From: Candidatus Bathyarchaeota archaeon
Lineage (GTDB): Archaea > Thermoproteota > Bathyarchaeia > Bathyarchaeales > Bathycorpusculaceae
Assembly: GCA_963717465.1 (NCBI GenBank)
Contig: OY970340.1
Span: 1,856,001 to 1,920,000 of the forward strand
Reading direction: 5' to 3'
DNA: 64,000 nt
Under the pieces are notes generated by a model. It was not told where the DNA came from, did not search any database, and saw only the letters and a list, made by a program, of their open reading frames with translations. Of this stretch, positions 33,891-44,331 are shown one piece after another (position 1 is the stretch's first letter; each line of letters opens with the position of its first letter). A program made the translations under genes and the position numbers.

Positions 33891-34035
33891 GTCGTTTTGG
33901 CTTTGTTTTTGGTTTGGCGCTGGTTGAAGCATAGATACATTATTGGTTTATCTGAAGCAAAACCTGAGGTAAGTAGTCAATGAAGCTTGAGGGTTACAAA
34001 TTTATTTTTGTTATTGCAGGTTTAATTGGCAGCTT
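33891..34035 (+). pseudogene. Relic junction of the gene pair seen intact at 56495..57600
   Basis: VVLALFLVWRWLKHRYIIGLSEAKPEVSSQ* overlapping (ATGA) MKLEGYKFIFVIAGLIG. Confidence 0.75.
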
Positions 34036-34313
34036 TTGGTTTTCTCATTGTATCTTAAAAATGTAGGCTTGAAAGGTTCGTTGGATATTTTACGGCTGAT
34101 TCATGCTGAGGTCATTTATGTGGTCTGCTGAGAATCAGTTTTTGGTCAACATGATTAATAATAAATTGTGAACCAATCAATGTCGATTAAAACGTGACGT
34201 TTGTGATTTTCTGGGATTCAAACGCAATTACTTGAAAGAAGTATTGGAATTTGTTTCATATTAACTCAAACAGAGTTAAAAAATTAAAAATCGACTTTGG
34301 AGGAAAGATATGA

Positions 34314-35288
34314 ATGGATAGAATACTAGTGACAGGTGGCGGTGGTTTCATCGGGAGCCATTTGGCCAAAAAACTTAAGCAGCAAGGAAACTTTGTGCGG
34401 ATAGCTGACATCAAATTCGATGACTACATGAAAGACAAGTATTACTCTGAGAAGTTGACCTTGGATCTTAGAGTTTGGGAAAACTGTCTCAAAGCGACAG
34501 AAGGCATGGATAAAGTCTACAATCTTGCCGCCAACATGGGCGGAATCGGGTTCATCACAGAAATTGGCGCCGAAGTCATGCACGACAATGTTCTGATCAA
34601 TACGTTAATGCTTGAAGCAGCTAGATTAAAAAATATAAAGAGATATTTGTACACATCTTCAGCTTGTGTTTATCCAACTTATCGCCAGACAAACCCTGAA
34701 TTGGCTGGATTAAAAGAAGAAGATGCTTATCCAGCCGATCCTGATAACTTTTATGGGTGGGAAAAGCTTTACACAGAAAAATTATGCGAAGCTTATCAAC
34801 GTGACTATGGAATGAACATTCGGGTGCTTCGTTATCATAATATTTATGGCCCTGAGGGGACATATAAGGGAGGAAGGGAAAAGTCGCCTGCTGCCATTTG
34901 TAGGAAAATCTGTGAAGCTACAAATCCGGGGACAATAGATATTTGGGGTGACGGAGAGCAAACGCGCTCATATTGTTACGTTGATGATGCGGTGAAAGCG
35001 ACAGCTCTTTTGATGGAGTCGAGTTATGAAAAGCCACTGAACATAGGCTCCGATAGGCTAGTAAGCATTAATCAACTTGCAGATATGGTTATCAAAATCT
35101 CGGGTAAGAAAATTACTAAGACGCATGATCTTTCAGCTCCACAAGGTGTCAGGGGTAGAAATGCGGATTTGACTCTTGTCAAAAAGGTGCTAAAGTGGGA
35201 ACCAGAAATATCGCTTGAAGAAGGACTTAAAAAGACTTACTCGTGGATAAGTGAACAGCTTTTAGTTGCTGTGCGATTACCTAGATAA
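34314..35288 (+). CDS. NAD-dependent epimerase, GDP-mannose 3,5-epimerase-like
   Basis: GGGGFIGSH, LAANMGGIGFI, SSACVYP, YGWEK, GGREKSPAAICRK, WGDGEQTRS, GVRGRN. Confidence 0.9.
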   Translation: MDRILVTGGGGFIGSHLAKKLKQQGNFVRIADIKFDDYMKDKYYSEKLTLDLRVWENCLKATEGMDKVYNLAANMGGIGFITEIGAEVMHDNVLINTLMLEAARLKNIKRYLYTSSACVYPTYRQTNPELAGLKEEDAYPADPDNFYGWEKLYTEKLCEAYQRDYGMNIRVLRYHNIYGPEGTYKGGREKSPAAICRKICEATNPGTIDIWGDGEQTRSYCYVDDAVKATALLMESSYEKPLNIGSDRLVSINQLADMVIKISGKKITKTHDLSAPQGVRGRNADLTLVKKVLKWEPEISLEEGLKKTYSWISEQLLVAVRLPR

Positions 35289-35555
35289 GAACATTCACTC
35301 GGCAGTCGTTCAGATTTTGTCTTGAAAGGAATGTCCTCAATATCACCAGTGGCATACAAGGACTTAACAGTTTTTTTTGCTTTCATATTATATCACTCCA
35401 GTTTTTTCGTAAGGAAAAAAAGATTGCTTGCTTTAGCTAAAAGTATTTGTTTTTTGTCCTTTTTAGGCTTATGTGACTGTATAAAGACAACCACCGAATA
35501 AATTTTCTGTAGATTTCCAGTTATGCTTAATTTTCTTTATGGAGTGAAACTCAAG

Positions 35556-36554
35556 ATGAAAGTTGATAAACTAAAAATTGGTGTGGTCGGATTGGGTAAG
35601 ATGGGTATAATGCATACATGCCTTCTAAATGTGTTACCCAACGCCAAAGTTTCAGCTATTTTTGATAAGAGTCAACTCATGAGGCTTATGGCAAAACGTG
35701 CGATTCATGAGGCACTGATAACTGATCAGCTGGAAAAGTTTTCCAGTTTAGAACTTGATGGGATTTTTGTTTTAACTCCTATTCCTTCTCACTATTCCAT
35801 TATAAAAGAAATTTATGCTAAGAGGCTTTCAAGAAACGTGTTTGTTGAAAAAACTCTTAGTTCTAGTTTTGAGAAGTCGGAGGAATTATGCAAGCTATCT
35901 GAAAGTAGTGCTGGTGTCAATATGGTTGGTTATATGAAGCGGTTTGCTGTTACTTTTAATCAAGCTAAAGAGTTATTGAATCAAGAAGTTTTAGGTGATA
36001 TTATCTCTTTTAGTGCTAATGCTTTTTCGTCAGATTTTGCTGATGCTGAGAAAGGTTCAATTGTGTCCAGAGGACGAGGAGGAGTTCTGGATGATCTTGG
36101 GTCGCATGTTATTGATTTAGCTATTTGGTTTTTCGGTGGCTTGAATGTTACTTCAGCTAAGGCTAATTTGCAGTTAGCTGCAGATTCAGAGGATGTTGTG
36201 ACCTTTTCGGTTTCAGGATTGAATGATCTTGCGGGTGTTTTTGAAATTTCTTGGTGCAAGAAGGGTTATCGTATGCCTGAATTTGAGTTATCTATACGCG
36301 GTGCAAAGGGGAACTTGAGCGTTAATGATGATGAAGTGCGGTTGGATCTAGGTGGTAGTTCACCTCGGCGATGGTACAAGCAGGATCTAAATGATTCTGT
36401 TAGTTTTTTGCTAGGTGGTTCGGAGTATTATCGTGAGGATAAACATTTTGTTGACTCGCTTGCCATTGGTCAGTCGTCTGCATCGGATTTTAGGAGTGCA
36501 TTACAAGTTGATTTTTTGATAAAACAGGTGAGGGATAAAATTAGAAATGACTAA
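35556..36554 (+). CDS. Gfo/Idh/MocA oxidoreductase
   Basis: GVVGLGKMG, VGYMKRF, GGVLDDLGSH. Confidence 0.9.
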   Translation: MKVDKLKIGVVGLGKMGIMHTCLLNVLPNAKVSAIFDKSQLMRLMAKRAIHEALITDQLEKFSSLELDGIFVLTPIPSHYSIIKEIYAKRLSRNVFVEKTLSSSFEKSEELCKLSESSAGVNMVGYMKRFAVTFNQAKELLNQEVLGDIISFSANAFSSDFADAEKGSIVSRGRGGVLDDLGSHVIDLAIWFFGGLNVTSAKANLQLAADSEDVVTFSVSGLNDLAGVFEISWCKKGYRMPEFELSIRGAKGNLSVNDDEVRLDLGGSSPRRWYKQDLNDSVSFLLGGSEYYREDKHFVDSLAIGQSSASDFRSALQVDFLIKQVRDKIRND

Positions 36555-37474
36555 AGCAATTGAGCTGCTTGTTGGCGATAATCCGTTTCATGGAATAAGC
36601 CACCTTTCTCAGGAGAGAGCGCGTCAGCGATCTTCTCTGGAAGACGATAAAAGCATTCAACGGGCAACACGTATCGTGGAGTTAGGCTTGGAGAATTCTG
36701 CTGTTGGCTTCATGTTTACAGTTAGTGACGTAACGCTTTCAATAATTAAGAACTTACAAAATTGTTGTAGAAATAAAACTGTTGAGTTGTACGCTATAGT
36801 TCCTTATGCTTATGAATATGTGAGGAAAGCCACTCAAGTCGGCGGTGTCGCTGGATTGGCAAAAAGTCTTGGCAAAGAAATAATTCTTTCATCAAATGCA
36901 AAAGTTGTTGCTTTGAACTTTTTGGGGCTTTTAAGATTTGATCTCTCAGCTTTCTTGAAAACTTATGTTTCTTATGAACTTTCAAGGATAAAATCTGTAA
37001 CTAACGAAAATCTGCACCTTAAAACAATAATGCTGCATGAGCTTTTAACGGATATGGCTTTAGCTCTTGACATGAAGGATGTTTTTGAGTCTTACATTCG
37101 CTTTATGGAGAAACGTGGTGTTAAGACCGGGGTTTGAAACACGTAATTTTCCTTATTTAGTGAACAAGTTTAGTGACTGGGGTTTTGATTTTAATGAATT
37201 AACTCTTACTGCGTCGTTTAATAAAGTTGGTTTTCAGATGAACCCTTCCAAGATTGAATGTGAAGAAGCACTAAAACGAGCTGCTAACGCTGAAGTAATT
37301 GCGATGAGCGTTCTTGCAGCTGGATACATAAAGCCAGCGGATGCAGTTGGTTATTTTGCTGATCTTAAGGGCATAAGTGGGATTGTTGTTGGTGCCTCTA
37401 AAGAGCGTCAAGCAATTGAGACCTTTAAGTTATTTCGCGAATACTTGGATAAAAAATTTGAACTTGTAGTTTAA
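36547..37474 (+). CDS. Conserved hypothetical protein, frameshift near 37128
   Basis: GDNPFHGISH; PGFETRN, NKVGFQMNP, MSVLAAG, VVGAS; translationally coupled to the upstream gene. Confidence 0.75.
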
Positions 37475-37493
37475 AAGTCTCGCAAAAAAAGAG

Positions 37494-38684
37494 TTGTTAA
37501 GCTTGATTGTTCTAGCTACGGTATTGGAAGTCTTGTTTTTCTTTTGTGTTGCAATTCCAATTTCGATCTTTGGTTTTTACGGTATTGTCGTAGTCTACTA
37601 TAACAGGGCAAAAAAATATCAGGGTAAGAAAACATGGAAACTTGCTGGTAATCTTACCGAAAATGAATCTTACGAACCAACTGTTTCTATTGTTATTCCG
37701 ACGCATAATGAACAATCCATTATCACTAAAAAGATTGATAGTCTACTTGCTCTCGATTATCCGAAAGAAAAACTTGAAATTATATTTGCGGATGACTCGA
37801 ACGATTCAACACCTAACATAATAACGGAGTTTGCAACGAAGAATCCTAACATAAAACTGATTAAGTTTAAAGAACGCATCGGATACAGCCCCTCAATGAT
37901 AGCTGGGTGCAAGAGTGCAAAAGGAGAAATTATTGTTTTAGGCGACGCTGGTTCATTTTTGGATAAGGAAGCGATTAAACATTTCATCATTCACTTTCAA
38001 GACCCAACTGTTGGCGCTGTGACTGGGCGAGACGTTATCTTAAATAAAGAAGAATCAGTTGGGGACTCAGAAAATCTTTATCAAAGGATCTATAATTATT
38101 TGCGGACTGCTGAAACAAAAATTGATTCTACATTCTTTATCAAAGGTGAGGCTACAGCTGCCCGGCGAAGTCTTATACTCGATTTAGTAAATTGCACGGC
38201 CACTTTTGATACTGCTGTAGGTTTATTTCTGAGACAGAAAGGTTATAGAATAGTTTTCGACCCACAGGTAAAATTTTATGAATACGCTCCTTCTACTCAT
38301 GCGGAGAGAATCAAGCAAAAGACAATAAGAGCTTCAAACTTAATTAGAATTATCATTCAATTCAGGGCAATAATATTCAACCGAAAATACGGTAAATACG
38401 GAACAATAATCCTTCCAATGTATTTTGCAATGATTGTTATTGCACCTTCTGCATTGTTGATGGGATTATTACTTCTTATTCCGCTTATCTTTCTTAATAC
38501 CATGTTTTCATTAACAATTTTGGGAATATTTGGAGCTGCCGTCTGTATATCATTGCTACTTAGTAGATCACTTCTGATAACCTTATTAGATTTTGAAATA
38601 AGCTTGTTAAAGGCACTCTTTGGATTTTTAATGAATAAGAAACATGATAAAATCGAGACAGTTGCTTCTACGAGGAGAAACTGA
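37494..38684 (+). CDS. Membrane GT2 glycosyltransferase
   Basis: VSIVIPTHNE, LDYPKEKLEII, QKTIR, N- and C-terminal TMs. Confidence 0.88.
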   Translation: MLSLIVLATVLEVLFFFCVAIPISIFGFYGIVVVYYNRAKKYQGKKTWKLAGNLTENESYEPTVSIVIPTHNEQSIITKKIDSLLALDYPKEKLEIIFADDSNDSTPNIITEFATKNPNIKLIKFKERIGYSPSMIAGCKSAKGEIIVLGDAGSFLDKEAIKHFIIHFQDPTVGAVTGRDVILNKEESVGDSENLYQRIYNYLRTAETKIDSTFFIKGEATAARRSLILDLVNCTATFDTAVGLFLRQKGYRIVFDPQVKFYEYAPSTHAERIKQKTIRASNLIRIIIQFRAIIFNRKYGKYGTIILPMYFAMIVIAPSALLMGLLLLIPLIFLNTMFSLTILGIFGAAVCISLLLSRSLLITLLDFEISLLKALFGFLMNKKHDKIETVASTRRN

Positions 38685-38798
38685 TAGTTGAAAAACACTT
38701 GAGATAATGTAAGAGCCACAATTGTATAACTTTACATTTTTTTATTACATTATGTTATGAAGAAAAGAAATAAAAAATAAAAAAAGGATGAAATTAGT

Positions 38799-39881
38799 AT
38801 GTCAGAAATTAAAGTTGGAATAGTAGGTTGCGGTTACATAGCAACAAAATGGCATATCCCCGGATACCAAAGACTTAAAGACGTGAAGGTTGCGGCCGTA
38901 TGCGACATAAGTCCGCAGCTTTCAAACTCAACCGCAAAGAAGTTCAAGGTGCCCAATGCGTATTCAAATGTCTCAGATATGCTGAAAAAAGAAGGCTTGG
39001 ATATAGTTGATATTTGTACACCTCCCGCTACACATGCTTCCTTAGCTATACAAGCAATGGAAAACGGTTGTCATGTTATGCTAGAAAAACCAATGGCTCT
39101 AAAGTCGGTTGATTGTGATCAAATGGTTAACTTGTCTAACAAGAAAAACAAGAAACTTTGCATAATCCATAATGAACTATTTCGCCCACCAATGATAGCA
39201 GCTAGAAGTCTTGTCGATAACGGTCAAATAGGTAAAGTGCTAGGCATGCAATGGACAAGGTTTACACACAGAGAAGAATATTTAGCCAAAGAAAATCATT
39301 GGATACATAAATTGCCTGGCGGGCTGCTTGGTGAAACTGGTCCCCATGCGTGCTACACTTCATTGGCTTTCCTTAAGAGAATCGTTAATGTTGACGTGAT
39401 AGCGAAGAATAATCTTAAACTCCCCTGGGCACCGTTCGATTATTTTGATATAACAATGGAAGGCCAGGATGCAGTCAGCTCAGTAATCATTTCTCACGCT
39501 AGCGATAACTATGTTGCTGACGTCGCGGTTTTTGGTAGTCAGGGCATGATTAAGATTGACTTACAGAATATGGTTCTTTTGCACTATAAGATTGAAAATA
39601 CGAAGTCGATGTCGCTTGCTAAGTATACATTGGGCGCAGGAGGACAAATGATACGCAAAGTTGTCTCAAACGGGTTAAAGCTGGCTTTCTCCAAAAAGAC
39701 GTTAATGATGGTTAATGGGCATGCAAAAGAAATAGAACTATTCGTTCAAAGCGTTAAAGATGACACTAAGCCTCCCGTGACTGGTGAAGAAGGTAGAGAA
39801 ACCATCCAAGTTGTAGAGATGATAGTAGCGAAATTTAACCAAAAATATGGAACTGTTGTGGTTAAAGCAAAGCAGTCTTAG
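38799..39881 (+). CDS. Gfo/Idh/MocA oxidoreductase
   Basis: GIVGCGYIA, ICTPPATH, EKP. Confidence 0.92.
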   Translation: MSEIKVGIVGCGYIATKWHIPGYQRLKDVKVAAVCDISPQLSNSTAKKFKVPNAYSNVSDMLKKEGLDIVDICTPPATHASLAIQAMENGCHVMLEKPMALKSVDCDQMVNLSNKKNKKLCIIHNELFRPPMIAARSLVDNGQIGKVLGMQWTRFTHREEYLAKENHWIHKLPGGLLGETGPHACYTSLAFLKRIVNVDVIAKNNLKLPWAPFDYFDITMEGQDAVSSVIISHASDNYVADVAVFGSQGMIKIDLQNMVLLHYKIENTKSMSLAKYTLGAGGQMIRKVVSNGLKLAFSKKTLMMVNGHAKEIELFVQSVKDDTKPPVTGEEGRETIQVVEMIVAKFNQKYGTVVVKAKQS

Positions 39882-39981
39882 TATGCATGCATGCGTGAAA
39901 ACTCAACCAAAAATATCCGCCCACGTCCAAGCACCTACAATATTTCAATAATAAACAAATTACCGAACGGAGAAGAGATCT

Positions 39982-41397
39982 ATGAGGATTCCATATGGGA
40001 AGGGGATAGAATTATTTAATAAAAGTTCTTTGTCAACGCAAAGAATTCTTAGTTTCTTAATGACACCGATTCCGCGTTCTACAATTCTTGGTACAGGATT
40101 TCGAGCTTCTCTGGAGGAATTAGAGCGAACTCAATGGCTTGAATTATCAGCACTTAAGAAATACCAAGAAAAACAACTCAGAGCAATAATACGACATGCA
40201 TATCGGAATGTGCCATATTACAATAAGCTATTTAGACAAAGAAACATACAGCCAGAGGCAATTAAAACTTTTGAAGATCTTGTAAAAATTCCAATTTTAA
40301 CGAAAGCAGATTTGAGAAATCACTTCGATGAGTTGATTGCATCGAACGCTAGTATTTTCAAATATGGAAAGAGCCATACAAGCGGATCCACAGGAGTTCC
40401 AGTGGATTTCTATTTAGACCAGCAGAACAGAGAACGAGAGTATGCTGCAAAGTGGCGCCAAAGAAGATGGGCAAATGTTAATCTGAACAGTAGAATAGCA
40501 ACATTTAGGGCATTTAGAGGGCTTAGCGGCACAGACTATCTAAGTGGCAAACCTCGATGGAAAACTAATGCTCTCTCTAAAGAATTGGAATTCAATGTAT
40601 TTGGAATTAGAAAAGAAACTCTAGCAGAACAGGTCAAAAAATTGCGAAAGTTTAAACCGGAACTTATTGAAGGCTTACCATCTGCGATTGAATTGTTGGC
40701 TAAATACATGATAGACGAAAAAATCAAAGATGTTACACCTCTTGTTATCCAAACAAGTTCTGAGTCTCTGTCGACGAGAAGAGTGGCCATTGAAGAAGGT
40801 TTTGGATGTAAGGTACTTGATTGGTATGGTCAATCAGAGTATGTCGTATCGGCAGCCGAATGTCCTGAAGGTAATTATCATGTAACCGAATCAGGAGTAA
40901 TGGAGATTATTAGAGATGGAGAGCAAGTTTCGGATGGAGAGATAGGCGAAATTATCGGTACAGGGCTATACAATTATTCAATGCCTTTAATTAGGTATAG
41001 GACAACTGATGTAGGTCGATGCTCAGAGGAGAAGTGTACCTGTGGGCGGGGCATGCCACTAGTTAGGTCTTTGGAAGGGCGAGTTTCTGATTCGATCTTG
41101 GCTTCTGAAGGAAGAATAGTTACCGGACAATTGGTGGAGCAATATTGGAAGCATCAAATAAGCCATAAAGCGCCACATCTTGAATATGTTCATATCATCC
41201 AAAGAGCCAATACGAGTTTATTGGTCAAAATAGTTAAGTCAAAAGGCTACTCAGAAAAAGAGGAAGCCGCAATTGTGAACGGGTTGAATAAACTGCTAGG
41301 CCCTGAGATAGATGTTGAATTCGAAGAATTGTCTTCAATTCCAGTTCAAAGGAAATGGCGTTTTACTGAGTCAGAACTTGACATTAGTCTAATTTAG
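39982..41397 (+). CDS. Phenylacetate-CoA ligase/CapK-like adenylate-forming enzyme
   Basis: HAYRNVPYY, TSGSTG, YGQSE, MPLIRYRTTD, CTCGR, EGR. Confidence 0.88.
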   Translation: MRIPYGKGIELFNKSSLSTQRILSFLMTPIPRSTILGTGFRASLEELERTQWLELSALKKYQEKQLRAIIRHAYRNVPYYNKLFRQRNIQPEAIKTFEDLVKIPILTKADLRNHFDELIASNASIFKYGKSHTSGSTGVPVDFYLDQQNREREYAAKWRQRRWANVNLNSRIATFRAFRGLSGTDYLSGKPRWKTNALSKELEFNVFGIRKETLAEQVKKLRKFKPELIEGLPSAIELLAKYMIDEKIKDVTPLVIQTSSESLSTRRVAIEEGFGCKVLDWYGQSEYVVSAAECPEGNYHVTESGVMEIIRDGEQVSDGEIGEIIGTGLYNYSMPLIRYRTTDVGRCSEEKCTCGRGMPLVRSLEGRVSDSILASEGRIVTGQLVEQYWKHQISHKAPHLEYVHIIQRANTSLLVKIVKSKGYSEKEEAAIVNGLNKLLGPEIDVEFEELSSIPVQRKWRFTESELDISLI

Positions 41398-41446
41398 AAA
41401 AGACTTGAGACTGTTTTTCTTTATTATTTAGCAGGTAAGTCACTTA

Positions 41447-42646
41447 ATGGCAACGCGTATATGTCGTCGCAAAAAATTCATAAAAAGTAAAACCCAAAAG
41501 ACAATTTTGCTTTTGGGGCCACTTCCTCCAACTGTCGGTGGAATTACTACATTTATCTCAGACCTATTAAAATCTGATTTACGTGAGAAATATCGACTTA
41601 CTACATTTGGCACTGAAAGACCTACTCTCGGGATATTCAAAAGCGCTTATGACTACACCATAATCATACATATAGGTTTTTTTGCTCTCATTAAATCGCT
41701 TTTCTGCACTATTTCACACTTACTGGTTTTTCCGTTTATTCTCCTCAGGTGTCGTCCGGCGATAGTACACATAAACACAGCTAGTTATTGGTCTTTTTGG
41801 GAAAATGCTTTATACGTAATTACCTCCAGAATAATTCTCAGGAAAACAATCCTTCATATTCACGGAGGCCAATTTGAGCAGTTTTACGAAAAAAGTAATA
41901 GGTGCTCAAAGTTTTTGATGAGGGGAGTCCTCAACATAGCCAACAAAGATATTGTTTTGTCATATTCTTGGAAGAAATTTTTGGTTACACTTGTTCCAGA
42001 AAACAAAATCTCTATTGTTGAGAATTTTGTTGATCTATCCGAATTTGAGAAATTTCACAAGGAAGCTAAACATTCAAATAAAATAAAGGATATGATCATC
42101 ATCCTTTTTGTTGGGGGAGCTGGAGCCAAAGGAAAAGGCCTCTACGATGTTATAAGTGCTGCCTCTATAGTTACAAAGCAATGCAAAAATGTTTTTTTCG
42201 TTTTTCTGGCTTGTTCTGGGATAAGGGGGCTCAATACCGTTTGTGAACGTAAAAAATTGATGGATCATGTGCGAATTTTAGGTTATCTTCATGGATACGA
42301 GAAATTAAGGTTGCTTTTTGGCTCTGACATTTTTGTTTTGCCAAGTTATGCTGAAGGTTTCCCAATTACAATGTTAGAAGCCATGGCTGCAGAATTACCG
42401 ATAATAGCTTCTTCTGTAGGGGCAATTCCTGATGTAATTCAAGATGGGACAAACGGATTTCTTATTAAAGCAGGTGATTATGAAGCCTTATCAGAGAAAA
42501 TACTTATACTGGCAAAAAACGCAGTGCTCAGGCGGGAAATGGCTAAGAATAATATTGCAACCATTAGGCAGCGATACAACAAAAAAATAATTCTTCAGAA
42601 ACTACAAAATGAATACGATAAGTTGCTTGGCTGTTCACTTGTTTGA
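41447..42646 (+). CDS. GT4 glycosyltransferase
   Basis: PPTVGGI, HIHGG, FVLPSYAEGFPITMLEAMA. Confidence 0.92.
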   Translation: MATRICRRKKFIKSKTQKTILLLGPLPPTVGGITTFISDLLKSDLREKYRLTTFGTERPTLGIFKSAYDYTIIIHIGFFALIKSLFCTISHLLVFPFILLRCRPAIVHINTASYWSFWENALYVITSRIILRKTILHIHGGQFEQFYEKSNRCSKFLMRGVLNIANKDIVLSYSWKKFLVTLVPENKISIVENFVDLSEFEKFHKEAKHSNKIKDMIIILFVGGAGAKGKGLYDVISAASIVTKQCKNVFFVFLACSGIRGLNTVCERKKLMDHVRILGYLHGYEKLRLLFGSDIFVLPSYAEGFPITMLEAMAAELPIIASSVGAIPDVIQDGTNGFLIKAGDYEALSEKILILAKNAVLRREMAKNNIATIRQRYNKKIILQKLQNEYDKLLGCSLV

Positions 42647-42943
42647 ATTGACGATTATTAAGAATTAAAGCGGAAATTTTAACTAAGAGGCTGCAAAAAG
42701 TCTTTGACAAGCAATTACCTAAAATTACATGCGACAAACGGAAGATGGACGAGCAAGATTTGCAAATATGGCTCATAAAGGTTAGCGTGCGCTGCCCCAC
42801 TCCGAAGGACCGAAAATTTGGTCACAAGAGAGGCTTAAACTCGTTGATGTTGAATGCCAGTCGCCTTTAGAGAAAACCAGAGGGTTTTGTGACGTTGTTG
42901 AAAATTCTGCGCTTTGCTTTGAAACATATTTGAGGAATAGCTT

Positions 42944-44026
42944 ATGAAAATACTGGTTGTTTCTACTACGACCTCAAATGAGCTAGGCTCCTACAACCAA
43001 AGATTGCTAAACTTGAAAGAAGGACTAAATCAGAATGGAGTGGCTACTGAGATGCTATATTTAGGTGATTACTTTTTCAGATCGCCCGTTCTGATAGACG
43101 CTCTTAATATTCCTTGGATGAGGAAAGAAATCGATGGTTATGATGCTGTTCATGGAGGAAGTTTTTCCGCCTCTTACGTTCTTGGGCTCCTAAAAAAGAT
43201 GCGACGATTTAATCTCATTACGGATGTGCATGGGTGTATTGAAGAGTCTATTCTTAAAATGCGAAACTTCTTTGACGTTACAGCTTACATTCAGTATTTT
43301 GAACAGATTATAGCTCAAGAAGTATCCATTAAATATTCAGACTTTTTTATCACTTGTTCAAAACCATTAAGAGAAAGGCTATTGCAACGAGGAATTGAAA
43401 AAATAAACGTCGAAGTAATACGAAATGGAGTGAATACAGACCTGTTCAAGCCAAAAGACTTAACTTCTGATAGCAACGACTTTGTTGTTACGTACGCTGG
43501 AGCCTTTCAAAAATGGCAAGGGATAGAAAATCTCATTGCAGCAGCCGAATTGATAAAGGTTCCGAATGTAAAGTATAGGATCATTGGTTTCAGAAAGAAA
43601 GATCAAGTATTAAAAAATACATTTAAGAAAACTTTGGGTTCAAAAGTTGAATTAATTGATGCATTGAGCCAAAGTGAATTAATTGATCAATTTTGTTTGT
43701 CTGATATTTTAATAATTCCGAGAAGCAGGCACTGCGCAACACAAATGGCTTTTCCCACGAAATTTCCAGAATATATCGCAACTGGGAGGCCTGTTATTGT
43801 GACTGATGTCGATGAAACGGCGACTTTTGTGAGAAAATATAAGTGTGGTTTCATCTGTAAACCGAATGCCGAGTCAATAGCTAGAACAATACTTAAGGCA
43901 AAACAAACCCCGCGAGAAGTCCTAATTGAAATGGGCAAGAATGGACGGTTCTTAGCAGAATCACACTTTAATCAAAGAGTGTTAGGTAAAAAATACTCAG
44001 AGTTTCTCCGTAAAATCTTATCTTGA
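42944..44026 (+). CDS. GT4 glycosyltransferase
   Basis: IRNGVN, YAGAFQKWQG, PTKFPEYIATGRPVI. Confidence 0.9.
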   Translation: MKILVVSTTTSNELGSYNQRLLNLKEGLNQNGVATEMLYLGDYFFRSPVLIDALNIPWMRKEIDGYDAVHGGSFSASYVLGLLKKMRRFNLITDVHGCIEESILKMRNFFDVTAYIQYFEQIIAQEVSIKYSDFFITCSKPLRERLLQRGIEKINVEVIRNGVNTDLFKPKDLTSDSNDFVVTYAGAFQKWQGIENLIAAAELIKVPNVKYRIIGFRKKDQVLKNTFKKTLGSKVELIDALSQSELIDQFCLSDILIIPRSRHCATQMAFPTKFPEYIATGRPVIVTDVDETATFVRKYKCGFICKPNAESIARTILKAKQTPREVLIEMGKNGRFLAESHFNQRVLGKKYSEFLRKILS

Positions 44027-44331
44027 TGTTGGCATTGTTTCCGAAATCGTAAAATTGAAAAACCAGCAGTACTCAGAAATGCATGACTTGGTTTTGAAAA
44101 TATCACTTGTATTTGCTGTTGGGTATGAACTTTTTGACTATTTTAAGAAAGTTTGGTGGAAGAAAATGGCAGGAGGAAGGACGGCATAATCCAGAAAGAA
44201 TGGTCACAAAAAATCTTTTAAATCATTTATCCTAATCCGATTTTTCCCAAATATTCAGAAGTAACTACCTCCAATATTTGCTTGAGACTTATTTTTCCAT
44301 CGAATTAGAGTTAAGAATTTAATGTAGGTTT

